Assembly (NCBI RefSeq): GCF_035594765.1
Contig: NC_085844.1
Location: 182,048,107 to 182,112,106 of the forward strand
Reading direction: 5' to 3'
DNA from: Anolis carolinensis
Taxonomy: Eukaryota
Length of the DNA stretch: 64,000 nucleotides
Part shown: piece after piece, positions 36,130 to 49,974 of the stretch
How positions within the stretch are numbered: position 1 is the stretch's first letter
How the letters are laid out: the number at the start of each line of letters is the position of its first letter
The notes under the pieces: generated by a model
Database searches by the model: none
Told to the model about the DNA's origin: nothing
Seen by the model: only the letters and a program-made list of their open reading frames with translations
Program-made: the position numbers and the translations under genes

Positions 36130-37291
36130 TCTCTATATATAATAAAAGTGAAATCGGAGTATGTATCAGCTTTTTGATTGGCCTGGCGGAATATGTGCTC
36201 GCGTTTTGATTGGCCTGGCGGAATATGGATCAGCTTTCTGATTGGCTGGCCGGAATATGGGCCAGCTCTGATTGGCTGCCACTTTCACAGGCCACTGGGA
36301 TTGCTGAGGGAAAAACTACTACCAACTGGCTTCGTTCGGCCTACTTATCTCCTCAGAACGATGCTAGCTTTGGGAGAGTTAACAGCTTTCGGCCTACACT
36401 TTGGTAATAAAAAACACCACTGCCACCACCAGAAAGGCCGGACCTGGACCAAACTTGACACACATCACCCCTACGATCCATGAACCCACTGACAACAGAT
36501 GGCCCCCTTTGGCCCCTCTGCTGACATGTTTAAGGCCTTCCAGGCTGGCCTCACGCCGCTAGACCCAAAAGGAAGACGCCATCTTGCCTCAGCTTTCAAC
36601 TTCTTTGTAAGGCCCTACTTTCCTCAAAAGACAGCAGAGAACATTGTTATTATCTTTTTAATGATATGCTTATGAACACTTCTAGCCCCCAAAGCCCCAA
36701 TCCAAGCCGCCTTTGATCATTTTGCTAACACGTTTCAGGCCTTGCAGCCTGGCTCCATTGTGCTAGGCCGCAAAAGAGGCGGCCATTTTCCCTGTTCCAA
36801 ACAGAGCAGCTTTTGCCTGTGTCTTTTGGATACAGCACTCTCCTTCAACAAGGTCAGGCGGCAGTACGTAAATAGGTTGATCCACTGTGACGGCACTTCC
36901 TCATTCCAACGTCATAAATTAGTTAAATTTGCCTCCCCACTTTATAAGTGGTACCTTATTTCCTACTTTATAGATGCAACTATCTTTCGGGTTGCTAGGT
37001 CCTTTGGCTCTGGGAGTTATAGTTCACCCTTATATAGACAGCACTGAACCCAGCCAACTTCGGATCTGGACCAAACTTGGCACACTGCCTCATCATGCCC
37101 AACTGAGCATACAGGCAGGGTTTCGGGGTGATTCTCCTTTGGCTCTGGGAGTTGTAGTTCACCCTTATACAGACAGCACTGAACCCAGCTGATGATGGAT
37201 CTGGACCAAACTTAAGTGATATTTCCTCACATCCCCAAACAACTCAATGCTGTCTACTAATAACCCGGGCACCACCGGGACCCCAAGCTAG
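36130..37291 (+). mobile_element. Non-autonomous Helitron
   Basis: 5' TC(TCTATATATAATAAAA), 3' hairpin CCCGG-GCACCA-CCGGG (37264-79) then CTAG, inserted between A(36129) and T(37292) with no TSD. Confidence 0.88.
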
Positions 37292-38261
37292 TATTAAATA
37301 TAGTGTGCAATACAGCATAATCACAAATTATAGTGATCAAATACATGTAAAATCTTAAAGAAAATGACAGCTTCATTTTAGTTCGATATTAATACATATG
37401 TGTTAATTTTGAAAAATAGTTTGCTTTTAATTCAGAAAAATGTTACAGAATTTAATTTAAATCAGCATTTTGAAAAGGCAATGACCGATTTGAATCTAAG
37501 CAATTGCAATTATATTGCAATTACTCTGAGTTCTGATTGATACTTGATGCCAGTTGTGTATTGAGTTTCACACATTTGCTTTTTCCCTTGTATCTCCCTT
37601 TGAACAAATTACTTTATGAAGACATTTATCTAGGGATTTGCTCCTTAATTACATTTTTTCTCCTGGATTTTCTTCTATGATAAGTGGTTCTCAGCTTAAT
37701 TTCAAAGGCCTTCTGCAAAAGCATTTCATCTATAAGTTCTGATCTTTGACATAAAAATGCATGCCTGGACTGAATAAACAAAGAGGCTTATGTTACCATC
37801 ACTCATAAATCCATAGCAGCACAATGTGATTGAATGTCCCCTCCTACAATTGCCACCTTGGCCCTCTACCCAGCCTGGTTGATGCCCACAAAAAGAACAG
37901 AAGAATATTGGAGCAAGGAAATATTTCTTACTGGAGGATAAACATGTTCTAAGGGAGATTGGGAAAGGGCGAGTGAGAAGGTGCCAGACAGCAGTCTCTG
38001 TTACAACTAAAAATATGTAGGTTCTCATTTTCCTGGGGCAGTTCAGTCTTTGTTCAGTAATTCCCCCACAACCACTTGTGGAAGTGGAGATTGCAGGTGC
38101 AAGTAATGCAATAATACAAAGTATAACCCACGGGGGCTAGAAGCTGGAAAATCTCATTACAGTACTGGATTGATCTTCCTGACCTTCCTTACTATACCCC
38201 TATGTCAGAAGCTGCTATACATGGTGTCAAATAATAAGATTCAGATAAAAACATCAGATCC

Positions 38262-38375
38262 CCTCTGATCTTGGAAACTAAGCTGGGTCAGACTTGTTAG
38301 TACTTGAATGGGATATTGCCAACTAATATCAAGTGTTGTAGAGTCCATTTTAAAAGAAGAAATGGGGTTTGTATA
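38262..38375 (+). mobile_element. 5S rRNA-derived SINE head (degenerate)
   Basis: GATCCCCTCTGATCTTGGAAACTAAGCTGGGTCAGACTTGTTAGTACTTGAATGGGA matches 5S rRNA; related to 6110. Confidence 0.65.
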
Positions 38376-39077
38376 GTCTGGAATAGGAGGAAGTCCATGG
38401 GGTGACAGTACATTTCCACACTGGATGGCACCAACCATAGTAACATCTCTTCCTCTCCGCAAAATCAAGCAAGCACAAGAGTCTCCGCCTTTCTATTTCC
38501 TAGTGCGACAGTTCTGGGTAGGGATCAGTAGGAGACATATGTGAAACTTTTTTAAAAAAACTCTATATTTATTTGTCATGAATTTTAAGAGCAAAGACGT
38601 TTTGTACAACTTTGGAGTATGTCAACATATCGGTTTTCATGTAGGTAGTGTCATAATTGTGCTTGATGAAGAGAATGATTCATTTCTCCTTGAATTTGTA
38701 TTGTACTGCTATCCATATATGACCTTATTTGCACTAAGTGGATTCTCAGCCATGGAAACCTAAGCTTAAATAGACAACACTGAGGAAGTTTAGGCCTACA
38801 TCCTATTGTTAGTCCAGTGCAGTCATTCAAATTTTTTATGTAAATTTGATGCGCCACTCAACAATTCATTCACTGGGATTACTCTAGTTTAGACAAAACA
38901 ACAGTTTTCTAGCCACATCGTTGAATGTCCTCCCTGGTATATCAGTGGAAAAGTCTCTTTTCACAAATTTTGGGTGGGAAAAATGTGGTCTTTTAGATAT
39001 TGTGGGACTCCAAGTCCCAGCAGCCCTAGCCAGCATGCTGCAAGTTGCTGCGTAGTAACATCTTTAAAAAATGCCTA

Positions 39078-39078
39078 A

Positions 39079-39132
<54 letters not shown>

Positions 39133-39230
39133 TCTCACATTTATATCCTGCCCTTCTCACCTGAAGGGACTCAGGGCGGCTTACAACAATGGCAACATTT
39201 CAATGCCCATACAAATCAATATAAATATAA
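39078..39230 (-). mobile_element. L2-type 3' terminus with (ATT)n microsatellite
   Basis: (ATT)n at 39079-39132, then TTTATATCCTGCCCTTCTCACCTGAAGGGACTCAGGGCGGCTTACA (reverse L2 end). Confidence 0.7.
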
Positions 39231-39709
39231 ATTGAGCTAAAGTAGTTCCACTGAATCTGTGGGATTTACATAAGAGTTTACTTATTATTCACAACTGATT
39301 CAGTGTGAATTCAGCTATACTCTGATTGGAATTAGCAGTTATATATGGCCAATGTGCCTTCCTAACCAAGACAGTTGGAGAGTAGGCAACCCAGCACTGC
39401 CTCTTAGATTTTTGGGTGACAAGTGTGGCATCCTCACACACATGCACACAAACCAACCAACTGGAAGAGGCAGAACCGTGCAGACACAGAATTTATTTTG
39501 TCTGAATCTAATCTTCCCGGAATTTTATTCTATGCTTTGCAAAATGGAAATGCTATCACTGTTAAGGCAACAAACTTTCTGAAGCTCAGCCATGGTGCTT
39601 TTGGGAACTTTGTAAAAACAGAGAGCAAAGATAAATTAAAAAAAAAACTTTGGAAACAGCAGAATTTTAAAATTAGATCAAATCAAAGGATTGCTTTACA
39701 TATGTTTTG

Positions 39710-39730
39710 TGCCTCTTCTTATTTTACAGA
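39710..39730 (+). other. Splice acceptor of TMEM275 coding exon
   Basis: Polypyrimidine tract GCCTCTTCTTATTTTACAG|A, 79 nt upstream of the ATG. Confidence 0.6.
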
Positions 39731-39808
39731 AAATCGGAAGTGTAACCATCCTGAGGATGCCATGTCTGTTCAGTAAAATCCAGAGCCACTTGTGAGACAC
39801 TGGTCAAC

Positions 39809-40357
39809 ATGTTTGTTGAAAAGAGCAACACTCCTTTGTCTCAGAAACCAAGTAAGAAAAAGACCAGGCCACAGGGTCTGCCTTCCCCAGCTCTTTGCTG
39901 TGCTTGTGGTCTGTGTATCATGCTAGCAGGGATTAACATCACTCTGGTGGGTGCCTTTGCTTTTGGAACATTTCTGCCTGTCAACAATCCTCCTATTGTC
40001 ATTGGGCCCATCCTTTTGGTGGTGGCATTCACTTTCTTTGGGGCCTGTTGCATCTGCAGCCGAAGGCCGCCCGCTCATGGCACAAGGAAATCCAAAACTG
40101 GGGCTAACATTGGACTCATCAAACCCGGCAACACGGCTTTCGAGATTGAAACCAGTGAGCATACTGTGCAAGACACGACTGCAGTGCAGTTGAGCCCAAC
40201 CAACTCTCCAATGTCCTCCAAGAAATCCACACCGATTCATGAGAATTCGAAGACCTGCAAACTCTTTACAATGGACAGCAATGGGCCAGCAGCCAAGTAC
40301 ACAGCTGGTGGAGAATCAATACAGCTGAATTTGCCCAGAGACATTGCTATGTCATAA
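39809..40357 (+). CDS. TMEM275: Transmembrane protein 275 (two TM helices, Cys-rich flanks)
   Basis: 182-aa intact ORF with motifs I recognise from vertebrate TMEM275: GLPSPALCCACGLC, LAGINITLVGAFA, FFGACCICSRR, ETSEHTVQDTTAVQLSP and IQLNLPR. Confidence 0.9.
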   Translation: MFVEKSNTPLSQKPSKKKTRPQGLPSPALCCACGLCIMLAGINITLVGAFAFGTFLPVNNPPIVIGPILLVVAFTFFGACCICSRRPPAHGTRKSKTGANIGLIKPGNTAFEIETSEHTVQDTTAVQLSPTNSPMSSKKSTPIHENSKTCKLFTMDSNGPAAKYTAGGESIQLNLPRDIAMS

Positions 40358-42207
40358 ACCAAAGAGGAGAATATTTATGAATAGCTGGGCAGCAGGCATT
40401 TCAGCATGTGACCAGATGGTCAAATGAGTTTTCAGTGCAGCAAGCATCTGGAATCAAATTTAGAGTTGGCCAACACATGCATTTGAATATGTTGAAAATT
40501 TAAAGGGAAAGTAGTAATAAGATGGCAATTAGAAATCAATACACAGCAGTAGGGGGAAGTGCCAGACACTGAGTTTTGAGCAATGAAATTAAAATGAAAT
40601 ATGGCATATATAAATCAATAGCATGCAACTAACAAATCTAGAATAGCCTGAATTTCATTCATTTGTTTAATGGGCTTGTGAATGGTAACGTGATGATCAG
40701 GATTTGATGATGCAGAGCAGTGGAAAAGTACAGATTCTGTTGTCAGGCAGAATGGCAGATTGCTATAAGCAATGGTAACAAGGGGAAATTATCTGTATTC
40801 AGTTCATTTATTTTGATGCCAAATGAAGCAATTAAAACCTATCTTGCCACATTTGATTTTCCCTACCTTCACATTTTATTCTTTCATAAGTTGCCATAGA
40901 AGTCTCTGGAAAATACATGCATCAAATAACTTCTTTTTCAGCCTTTCTTCACCTTCTAGCTTATAGCTGGCCATTGACTGTTCTGGGTAGCATAAATGTG
41001 GCATGAAATAATATTTTTTTTAGCTGATTTGGCATCTGCAGGTTGACCTGATCACTCATCCTTTGGAAAGAAAATTTGACTTCTGAAATGTTGATGCACA
41101 AATATGGAAATGTGCACAGATACATATATGCATCATATGGAGAAGAACATTGCTGCAAAAATGAACATTTTGATCTATATATATAATCAACTACAATTTT
41201 CCTTTTGGGAAAACTGTAACACAAAGCTTTTTTTATGGAACGAGTTGTGTGGTTCAGATTCTATTTATGTATGAGTTAAACAGTGAACATGCTCTCTTGT
41301 GTCTTTTACCTGTATCAAACTACTCTGCATCATATTGAATTCAGCATAAATTGTGCTTGTGTGTAAAGAACAGTCTTTTCTTGTACTCATCACTAGAAGT
41401 GAAAATGGTGTAAGTAATGGCAGGCTAGAAACATTCTTCACTTGTCACTTCAGAGAAAGTTGTTTGATCAAAGCCTTTGTCTAGCTCTGATTGCTCACAA
41501 GATTTTTTTTTTTTACTTTCAGAAATTGTTTGTACCATAAAAGTAAAGTGCTATAATTAGGGAGACTTTCGAGGAAGGACATTTTCTTGGAAGCAAGCAA
41601 AGCTCACTAGGATAAAAAATTAGATGAGTGGAAATGCTCATGAATATATCATTCCTTTTGGGATTTCTCAACTGATGTCATGTTTCACAGTGGAACCGAT
41701 GCATGAGTGAGATCTCCCCATTTGATTTCTGACCTTTTTTAGGTTGCAGCATTTGCCCATTTGCAGTTTTTCTCTCTTTGTTTTCCTTACATGCTACCAG
41801 TACACAATAACTCATATTCACATGGGTTGAAAAATGACACCCAAAATAATTAATATGCTATATGACACCTATCCCAGTAAGATTACAGAATGTAGGATGA
41901 GTCAACAGTGGGTTACTGATTGTGATGGGAAGGTCAAAGAAGGGGGGAGGAAGTTACGTGGTGACAATGTGTGGAGGAGGCAGCAAAAATCATGAGGAAG
42001 GGGAGGGACCAGAGGAGAATAATAAACTCTTCCTCGGAGGCTGCCTGTGAAAATCCAATTAGTGAAGAATATTTGACAACACTATTGAATTATCAGAAGA
42101 TGTTTGGTGTTGGATTAATTTATGCATTCATTTCCTGCACTGTTAGAGTTGTTTACTGTGCTAAGTATAAAGGGATATTCTGGAAGTGTCTATCAGTTGA
42201 GAGATCA

Positions 42208-42516
42208 CACTATGTAACACGATTTTTGTTCCTGGGTTATAAATGTCATTTCCTAATAGGTTCCATCATAAAAACATGGGGAAAGTTTATTAAACTGATA
42301 AACTTTGTTTTTGCAGGACATTCTGCAGCACATTTTGCTATAGTTTTTCAATGAATATTTCAGAGTCTCAACCAATTCAACATAGTTTGTGGCAGCCACC
42401 AAAAATGAAATTTCTGGAGTATAGCAACTACTTTCAAAGTAAATACTTCACAATTAAATAGGAAATAGCACTTTCAAACCAGGAACAATTTTTTTTCCAA
42501 ATTTTGTTACATAGTA
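42208..42516. mobile_element. Tc1/mariner-type MITE, copy 1
   Basis: TIR CACTATGTAACA / TGTTACATAGT; colinear with 52794..53104. Confidence 0.75.
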
Positions 42517-43587
42517 TTATCAAACCAATTCTCCTCTTATCTAAGGCTGGGACTGCATGTTTTCAAACATGTGTGATGGATCCCTTCTTCAGGTTTCCTT
42601 GCACTTCCAAAGCTGATGTCATTAACCTTACACATCTTCTTCTCAAGATCCCTCTCTATTTTGGATCTTGGGGCTTCAAGGTGATCCCTACGTGGATTAG
42701 TGAAATTGTTGTTTAGTAAGTTCCCTATGGTAAACGCGGCTAAAAGCTGTACTGAAACTTATCAGGAACACCAAACAGTTGTAAAAAAAATAAAAACAAG
42801 TGAAACGTAGTTTATACAGTAAACCCTGAACCATTAAGTCACACATTAACCCCTGATTCATTTAATCAGCTTATTCAGTTATTTCCTCTGGCTCCTGTCA
42901 CAGTTGCAACAATTGGATTTTTGCAGGATGCAGCAAGGTGAATGAGGTGCACAGCCCTATTAAGTTACCCATTTAGGCCCCTAATTCTGTTGGCTGTCCA
43001 CTCCTGCCTGGAACAAAGCAAGAATTCTGACACAATAATAAAACTGTCTCAAACTTCGCCTTTGCAATGTTTCAATAAATATGTACATGCACTGGGGTGC
43101 ACTGGTAACTTGTGCAGACAGAAAAAGAGATGAAATAAGAATGACAACAGAGGTTGAAAATAACTAGTAGCTGTTAAAATATTTAGTCACTTTTAATTAG
43201 TATATTTCACCAATATCTAAGGTATTGGGACTTTGTATTATGATTGTGATTATATGAATGATAGCTTCACTCCTTTTATGATGTAACTACAATATTTTAG
43301 CAAGCTTCTTTAGTTACAAATTTGCCATCTCATATCTAATTTATGGAAACCTCTATGATGGGATCCATTACTACTCCTTAAAACAGTGGAACCAAATTAC
43401 AATTCCTCAATGCATGAATAGATTAGGGTTCCCTTTCCATATAAAACACTGCAACTAGACTATTGAAATTGTGTAGGTTTCTTATGTAGGTCAACCTAAG
43501 CAATGATCTTGTTGTTCCATTGCCACTCATTATCTTTGCACCATACAGGCATGTAATTCTTATTGAGAACTAATGGACTATATGCAT

Positions 43588-44668
43588 TAGGGGTGTGCAA
43601 TTTTATCATTAGTCATCATAAATCATATCAAATTAGTTAAATTTGTACTTACAACATAATATCTGACATGTGGGTTGTGGCCCATGCCAAAAATTTAAGA
43701 ATCAAAACTTACCCAATACTTTTTTGTTTGCATTTTGTAACTCTTGGAAGCCTTTCAAAGCTAGTTTCATTTTCAGTGCGAGGAAGCAAAGCAAAGCCAA
43801 AAGGGCTACCTTTTCTCTTTAAATTAATGATCTCTTGCCAATAGGAGAGGGAAGCACCAGGGAGAAAGCAGAGTTCACTGGGAAAGAAAGCACAGAATTC
43901 TTGGAAAGGTAGTTTGGGAAGGGAAGAGCTCTATAGCAGAGAATGCAAAAGGCCCTGCCCTAAACTACATTTCCCAGAATTTCGCTCAGCATCAGAAAGC
44001 CCCAGTTAGGACAGGGGAGATATTTGTCCCTCCGTAACAGCAGCCAGCCAGAGTTTGAAGAAATGGTTGAATCTGCAAAGAGGAGGACTGACTGATGCTT
44101 CCAGTAAGTAAATCTCTGTGCTGGACTGGGAAGAAATTCCTACATGGAAGTTCTAGTGGTTAATATGAGAGACATTCAATGAGACAGTAGTTGCGACTTT
44201 TTTGAATGCTTTTGTCAAAACTTTAAAAATTCCCTAAAATCAGTAGATGTATGAGTATTTCTGAAAGTTGAGGGGAATTATCCCGTTATCTTGTGTCATG
44301 GTATAGAAAGTTCAGGGCAATAGCTCTTGTATTTGTTTTAAACAAATGTTTATACAAACTTTGAAAATTCTTTTAAAAACTCTAGATAAGTGAAACATTC
44401 TGAAAATTGGGGGGCTGATGGTGGTAAATGTGTTCTACCATTGTAGAAAGTTTCACCCCAATAGCTATAATAATGGGGGAGAAAGGAGCCGCTGAAGTTT
44501 CCCCACTTGCACAATTACTATAATGAAAAAGTAACAAAACTTGTTACTCTTGTTATAATAATGAAAATTTTACTAACTATTCTTTAGAAACACTTTAGAA
44601 ACGAAACGCCAGCACCCCCTAATTTTGTAATGACCTTTGAAACATATTTCTATCATCGCACATGCCTA
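43588..44668. mobile_element. hAT non-autonomous transposon
   Basis: Ends TAGGGGTGTGCAA / TCGCACATGCCTA; 8-bp TSD ATATGCAT / ATACGCAT (one transition). Confidence 0.8.
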
Positions 44669-45700
44669 ATACGCATTCCAAGATGCACTCAAATGGCAGC
44701 AAAAAAAAAAAAAATCAGCCCACAGCCAAATGTTTCTGACAACATATCTTTTATCATGTTTAAGATGATAATTTTTCATGATCTCCAGTCTGATCATCCT
44801 TTTCAATATATCATGAGAACATGATATTGCCAGTTTTAAGGAGGCCAACATTTCAGGTTCATACCAGCAAACTGCACAGAAAAATTGATCAACACAATTT
44901 TTTTTTCAAGAGTCGGAGATAATTTTTTAAGCAACCAAAAGCAAGCAGATTTGTGTTGTGTTTCAGAACTATTTTTTTGTGGGGTGGAATTTTTTTGCAG
45001 TTAATACTTCAATATATATTTGCTTGAATTCTTGAAGAAACTTAGTGTTTCAGGAGATAAAGGAGGGATCTTTTTTTGTTCCAGCTTTGAAATATGTTGA
45101 AACATATCAGTTTTATTGTATAAAATACTGTGGCCTATTCTGCTCAGTCTTTGGAGTTTAACATATTAATCATGTTCTGGTATCAGTTTCCATGTTTACA
45201 AAAGCAAGTGACTGTTGAGTCCATGTTTGGTGCTGCTCTTTGGACTCTACTTGTGTTCAATAAAATATAGTCAAACATTTCCTCACTTTCCTGTTGCTAC
45301 ACCTTGGCTGCCTCATTCTTATCAACACATTGTGCTGTTACCCTGTATTCAAATATTGTGGTGGTGGAGAAAATACACACATTGGATGCTGTGGAAATAA
45401 TTTACATCTTCTCAATGGCTTATGGATAAAGAAAAATCTTGAAATGAGAAACATTATTTACATTCCCAGATTTACTTATGTTACCCAGCCACTGCAGTCC
45501 TTTCAAACATTGTTTATACTGTGATACTATTTAACCAAAAGTCTGCTTCACCTACAGATTCAGTGACAAGTGAGTCACTGGAAAACATAACAGTCACCCA
45601 GTAACAATTCAAGTTTAGGTTTCCAAGATAAGAGATAGGCTGGAAATATGGAATGAAGAAACCTTTTAGATCTGCAGGAGACCTTGATGGCTGTATTAGG

Positions 45701-45916
45701 CGACTCCACCTGAACATTAGGAAGAACTTCCTAACTGTGAGAGCTGTTCAGCAGTGGAACTCTCTGCCCTGGAGTGTGGTGGAGGCTCCTTATCTGGAGG
45801 CTTTTAAGCAGAAGCTGGATGGCCATCTGTTGAGGGTGCTTTGAATGTGACTTTCCTGCTTTTTGGCAGGGAGTTGGACTGGATGGCCCAACGTCTCTTC
45901 CAACACTATGATTCTA
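45701..45916 (+). mobile_element. CR1 LINE 3' fragment
   Basis: HLNIRKNFLTVRAVQQWNSLP...EAFKQKLDGHL plus 3' UTR and ATTCTATG tail; 9-bp TSD TGTATTAGG (45692-700, 45917-25). Confidence 0.9.
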
Positions 45917-47367
45917 TGTATTAGGTTTCTTTGCTTTTGATTTGTCACAGTGAGAACCCAATTGTTTAAAATAACATATTTCTACCCAATGAATACCTTC
46001 CATTTTCAGACCTTCCATGAATATAGGGCCAGACAAAGGGCAAAAGTGAACACATCATTGAGCATAACAGTTTCCTCTATCCATATTATCTCTAAACCAA
46101 TGATTCTCTAAAATGAATATTTGTACAAGGTAGATATTAAGATCAATTTGAGTAACTTACATTTTTTTCTATTTTGGCAGTAAAAACCAAGGAGGAAACT
46201 ATGGGGAAACAAAAAGGTAGCTTCTAGGATGAAAGCTAGTAATCAATACTTGAAATCAGAATGTGGGAGCATTCCTTTTTGGGATTCCCATTGCCAAAGT
46301 TGTGTTCAAGGGCAAAGAATACGTTCAGTCCCAGGGGATTGAAAAAGCATGCACAGTGATGGTGATCCAGGTGAAATTGTAGTAGTCATTTCATGGCTAT
46401 TGTGATGAATGTATCAGCAGCCATTTTGGCAAAAAGGAGGTGGGATGTTGACTATGCCAACCAGCCATTAAGCTTGCCTATTGCACTGCAGGCAGATAAG
46501 GAACTGCTTCTTAAATGTGGCATGGAATATCTCCTGATTAAACAGTATAAATGTTACAACTGCCAGTCTTATTGAACATTAAGCCACTAGAAGGCTGCAT
46601 AAAGAATCTGGACTAAAAATGAAACACTTCCAAAATTTCTCCCCTTTGCTTTCCAAAGTGATACATATTTAAGCCTGCTTTCCTTGTTATTTGTTAATTC
46701 CTTCTAAAATCTTTATTAGAAAACAATGCCAGTAATCCTAAAAAATAAAATTACCATCAATAAAAACCAAGGGACCCTGAATGCCTGAATTCACACACTT
46801 GTGCTTCATTGGTCACATTGTAGCTATGAATTAGGAGTCCCAGACAAATGATTGATATTCAAGGTGATTTTCATTCTGCATATACAGAATTCTAGTGTAC
46901 ATCAAGTAGTTGGCATTATGAGAAACTGTGTCATCTCTTGTCTTTTACAAGGCAAACAAAGTGTGAGCACCTCTCTGTCTCTCTTTCTCCCCCCTCCCCC
47001 CGGTGAAGGGGCTAACATAGTTTGACCTGCACCACCTAAACTCATCTGCTTTCCATTATTAGTCTTGAAGGAAGGTTCAACTGCTGACCAATCGGATTAT
47101 TCACATGGAATGGAGATGAGCACCATCTTGTCTTTTTCCTCAAATGGCAAAATCTTTGGGAATTGCATTGGTTGAAGTCACGGCAGCTTCCCAAGTCCTT
47201 CTCCCAGATGTAAGAATCATGTAACCCTTCAGATGTTGGACAACAGCTTCTACTACCTCACACGATTGACTTTTCTGGAAAGATTTTTGGGGATTTGTAA
47301 TCCAACAACACGCAGAGGACTGCATGATTCCCACACCCACCCTAGTTTTACATTGAATAGCTCTTAA

Positions 47368-47495
47368 GGTCCTTCCACACAGCCCTATATCCTAAAATAT
47401 CAAGGCAGAAAATTCCACATTATCTGAGTGTGGATTCAGATAACCCAGTTCAAAGCAGATATTGTGGGATTTTCTGCTTTGATCTTCTGGGATAT
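47368..47495. mobile_element. Palindromic MITE fragment
   Basis: ATATCCTAAAATATCAAGGCAGAAAATTCCACA / TGTGGGATTTTCTGCTTTGATCTTCTGGGATAT inverted arms. Confidence 0.55.
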
Positions 47496-49114
47496 TCCAT
47501 TGCTCCATGTCCTAGTCTCCAGAGCAACATGACAGCCATCACACATTGTTTTAAATGAGCATGTCTCTTAGAAATGGAAAACCTTTAGGGATTGAAGGTT
47601 GTAGTCCATGTCCTCTCCATCCGCAGGGTGCCAGTTTACCTGTTTCCTTTTACATCACGAATCAAGCACAGCAGCTCTCTATGAGATGAGAGGATGCCAG
47701 AGCAGCCTTCTGCATTGTAGGGTCCTGCCAGTGTGCAGGACAGAGTATTTCCTTCTGTTACAGATTGGGATAAAGAAAAATGGTTTTTGCTTTCATTGAG
47801 GTGGCAATGTTGCTGAATTTTGGCCCTGTTGCTTGTCTGCGGTGGCAGAAAGTTCTGCAAAAATTGCCTGGGGATGCCTATGGCTGACAGTCTGCATATT
47901 GATATAACTTGCTTTAATGGCTTCTAGCCCAGTCCAGTAGCTGAAGCCTTCCCCAGTGCACATTTTCATGCCAGGAAAAGGCTTCTACTCTGAAAACTCC
48001 TCCTGAAATGCTTCTATTACATGCACAAAGATCTTGCCCAGGGGGGAAAAGTTAAGAACTCTAGTTTTCAAAATGTTCTGCTACATTAGTTTCCATCCCC
48101 ATCAAAGACCTTGATTTTCCACAGCAAAAATTGAGCTCCACCTCCCATTATTAAAATGGCATTTTGCTTGTCTGCTGGAAGAATTAATTTTCTGAGAAGT
48201 TTTGCCTCTCAGCTCTCACTACACTTGTCTTTGATTTCATGGCTGAGGTGATTAGTCTGGGCTGACATCTGCAAGTAATGAGATTAAGGAGTCTGTGGCG
48301 AAAAAGAGAAGATGCAGAATTTTACTCAAGATTAAAATGAAGCAAAGAAACCCAAAGGGCTGGTTATTCAATGCTCTCAGGCTAAGAAACATGGGAATCT
48401 TCAGGCTTGAAACAAGCTCCGGTGCAACACATGTAGTGCTAATTGGTATCCACAGAGAGACCAAGATTTAACCTCATGAGCCTTGCAGCATGTGGTGGAC
48501 GAAAATTGAGGACACAGGTGGTTACATTTCAAAATCATGAAGCTTATAAAGTAATAATAGTAGCAAGATGTTTGTGAATGCATCCCAAGAGCCAAGATCT
48601 TGATAGAGAGCTTGATAGAGAGCTCATTAAGCTTTTATTGCCATGGTTCCATCCAGTGGAATCTTGTAATTTGAAGTTTAGGGAGAGTACTTAGAACAAT
48701 AGTGCTGCACCAAACTACAAACCCCAGGTGCCCAGAGGATGGAGGCATGACAATTAAAGTGGAATGACAACATTATAATTGTGTAGTGTGAAAGGGCCCA
48801 GAGTTCTTCCAATATCTACTTGTATTCATAGCAATAGAAGACTAGCCATGCTGGATCAGATCAAAAGCATATCTACCCCGAAATGCTGGCCCCAGAAAAA
48901 CTCAACAATAGCATACAAAAGCCTGAATATGGCTGGGCTGTCCACTTATACAGACAAGCTCCTGCCTCCACAAACAGCTATAGCTTCCACTGCTCAGGAG
49001 ATGCCAATGGCCCTTCCTCCAATGACATTGCAGGTTATAGTGAGCACCATGAACAAGTACAAGAGCCCTGCCAATCGCCTCCACAAACACCATCCTGCCC
49101 CTCACCCAAGTGAA

Positions 49115-49710
49115 GGCTTTCATATGGGGACAATTTCATCCTAGATTTAATGTGTTTCATTTACCACAGACATCCCAGTGTTTCTTACTCTCTCCATTGG
49201 TGTGGAATTTGAATGACCCCGCCCACTGCCTCTCCCTTAACCTTTCCCTGTTCTTTTCTATGCCACACAACAAACAGAGGAATTGATCAGCAATTGAACA
49301 TATTAGAGAGGTTTGGGGAGAATTCACCATGATTTATAGAAGTTGTAAGTACTGGGATGTATAGTTCACCTGCATTCTAAGAGCACTCTGAACTCCACCA
49401 ATGATAGATCTGAAAATAACTTGGCACACAGAACCCCCATGACCAACAAAAAATAGTGGAGGTCTTTGGTGGGATTTATATGAGTTGTAATTCACCTACA
49501 TCCAGAGTGCATTATGAACCCAAACAATGATGGATCTGGACCAAACTTGGCATACATACCTGATGTGCCCAAATTTGAATACTGGTGGGTTTGAAGGGGA
49601 ATTGGCCTGGACATTTTGGAGTTGTAGGTACTGGGATTTATAGTTCACCTGCAATCAATGAGCACTCTGAACTCCACCAAAGATGGAATTGGACTAAACT
49701 TGGCACAATA
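49115..49710 (+). mobile_element. Degenerate Helitron-related repeat with internal tandem units
   Basis: About three units containing TAGTTCACCT...GCACTCTGAAC...GGATCTGGACCAAACTTGGCAC, shared with the Helitron at 37001-37213. Confidence 0.55.
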
Positions 49711-49974
49711 GAGTCATGCCAGAGGATCTAGAGATTTCTAGGGAGAATATTTTAAATCAAATTCATACATAATCAGATCCACAAAAACAAAAACAGCAAG
49801 TATGGAGGGACAATTGTAATAATATTTTAATTAGCTTTGAAAAATGGGGAAATAATGTAACTTTTTACATTATAACAATAGGTGTAAATACAGTAGAATA
49901 CAACTACACTAACTTGCAAATTGCCAAGTAAACTCTCCTCAAATCAATATGTGTTACAGTTCTTTTAGGGGGCA

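Noticed and set aside
1-39700. Exons of KNCN or DMBX1, neighbours of TMEM275 in human
   Set aside because: I could not recognise matching peptide sequence by eye. Short exons could be missed; TBLASTN would settle it.
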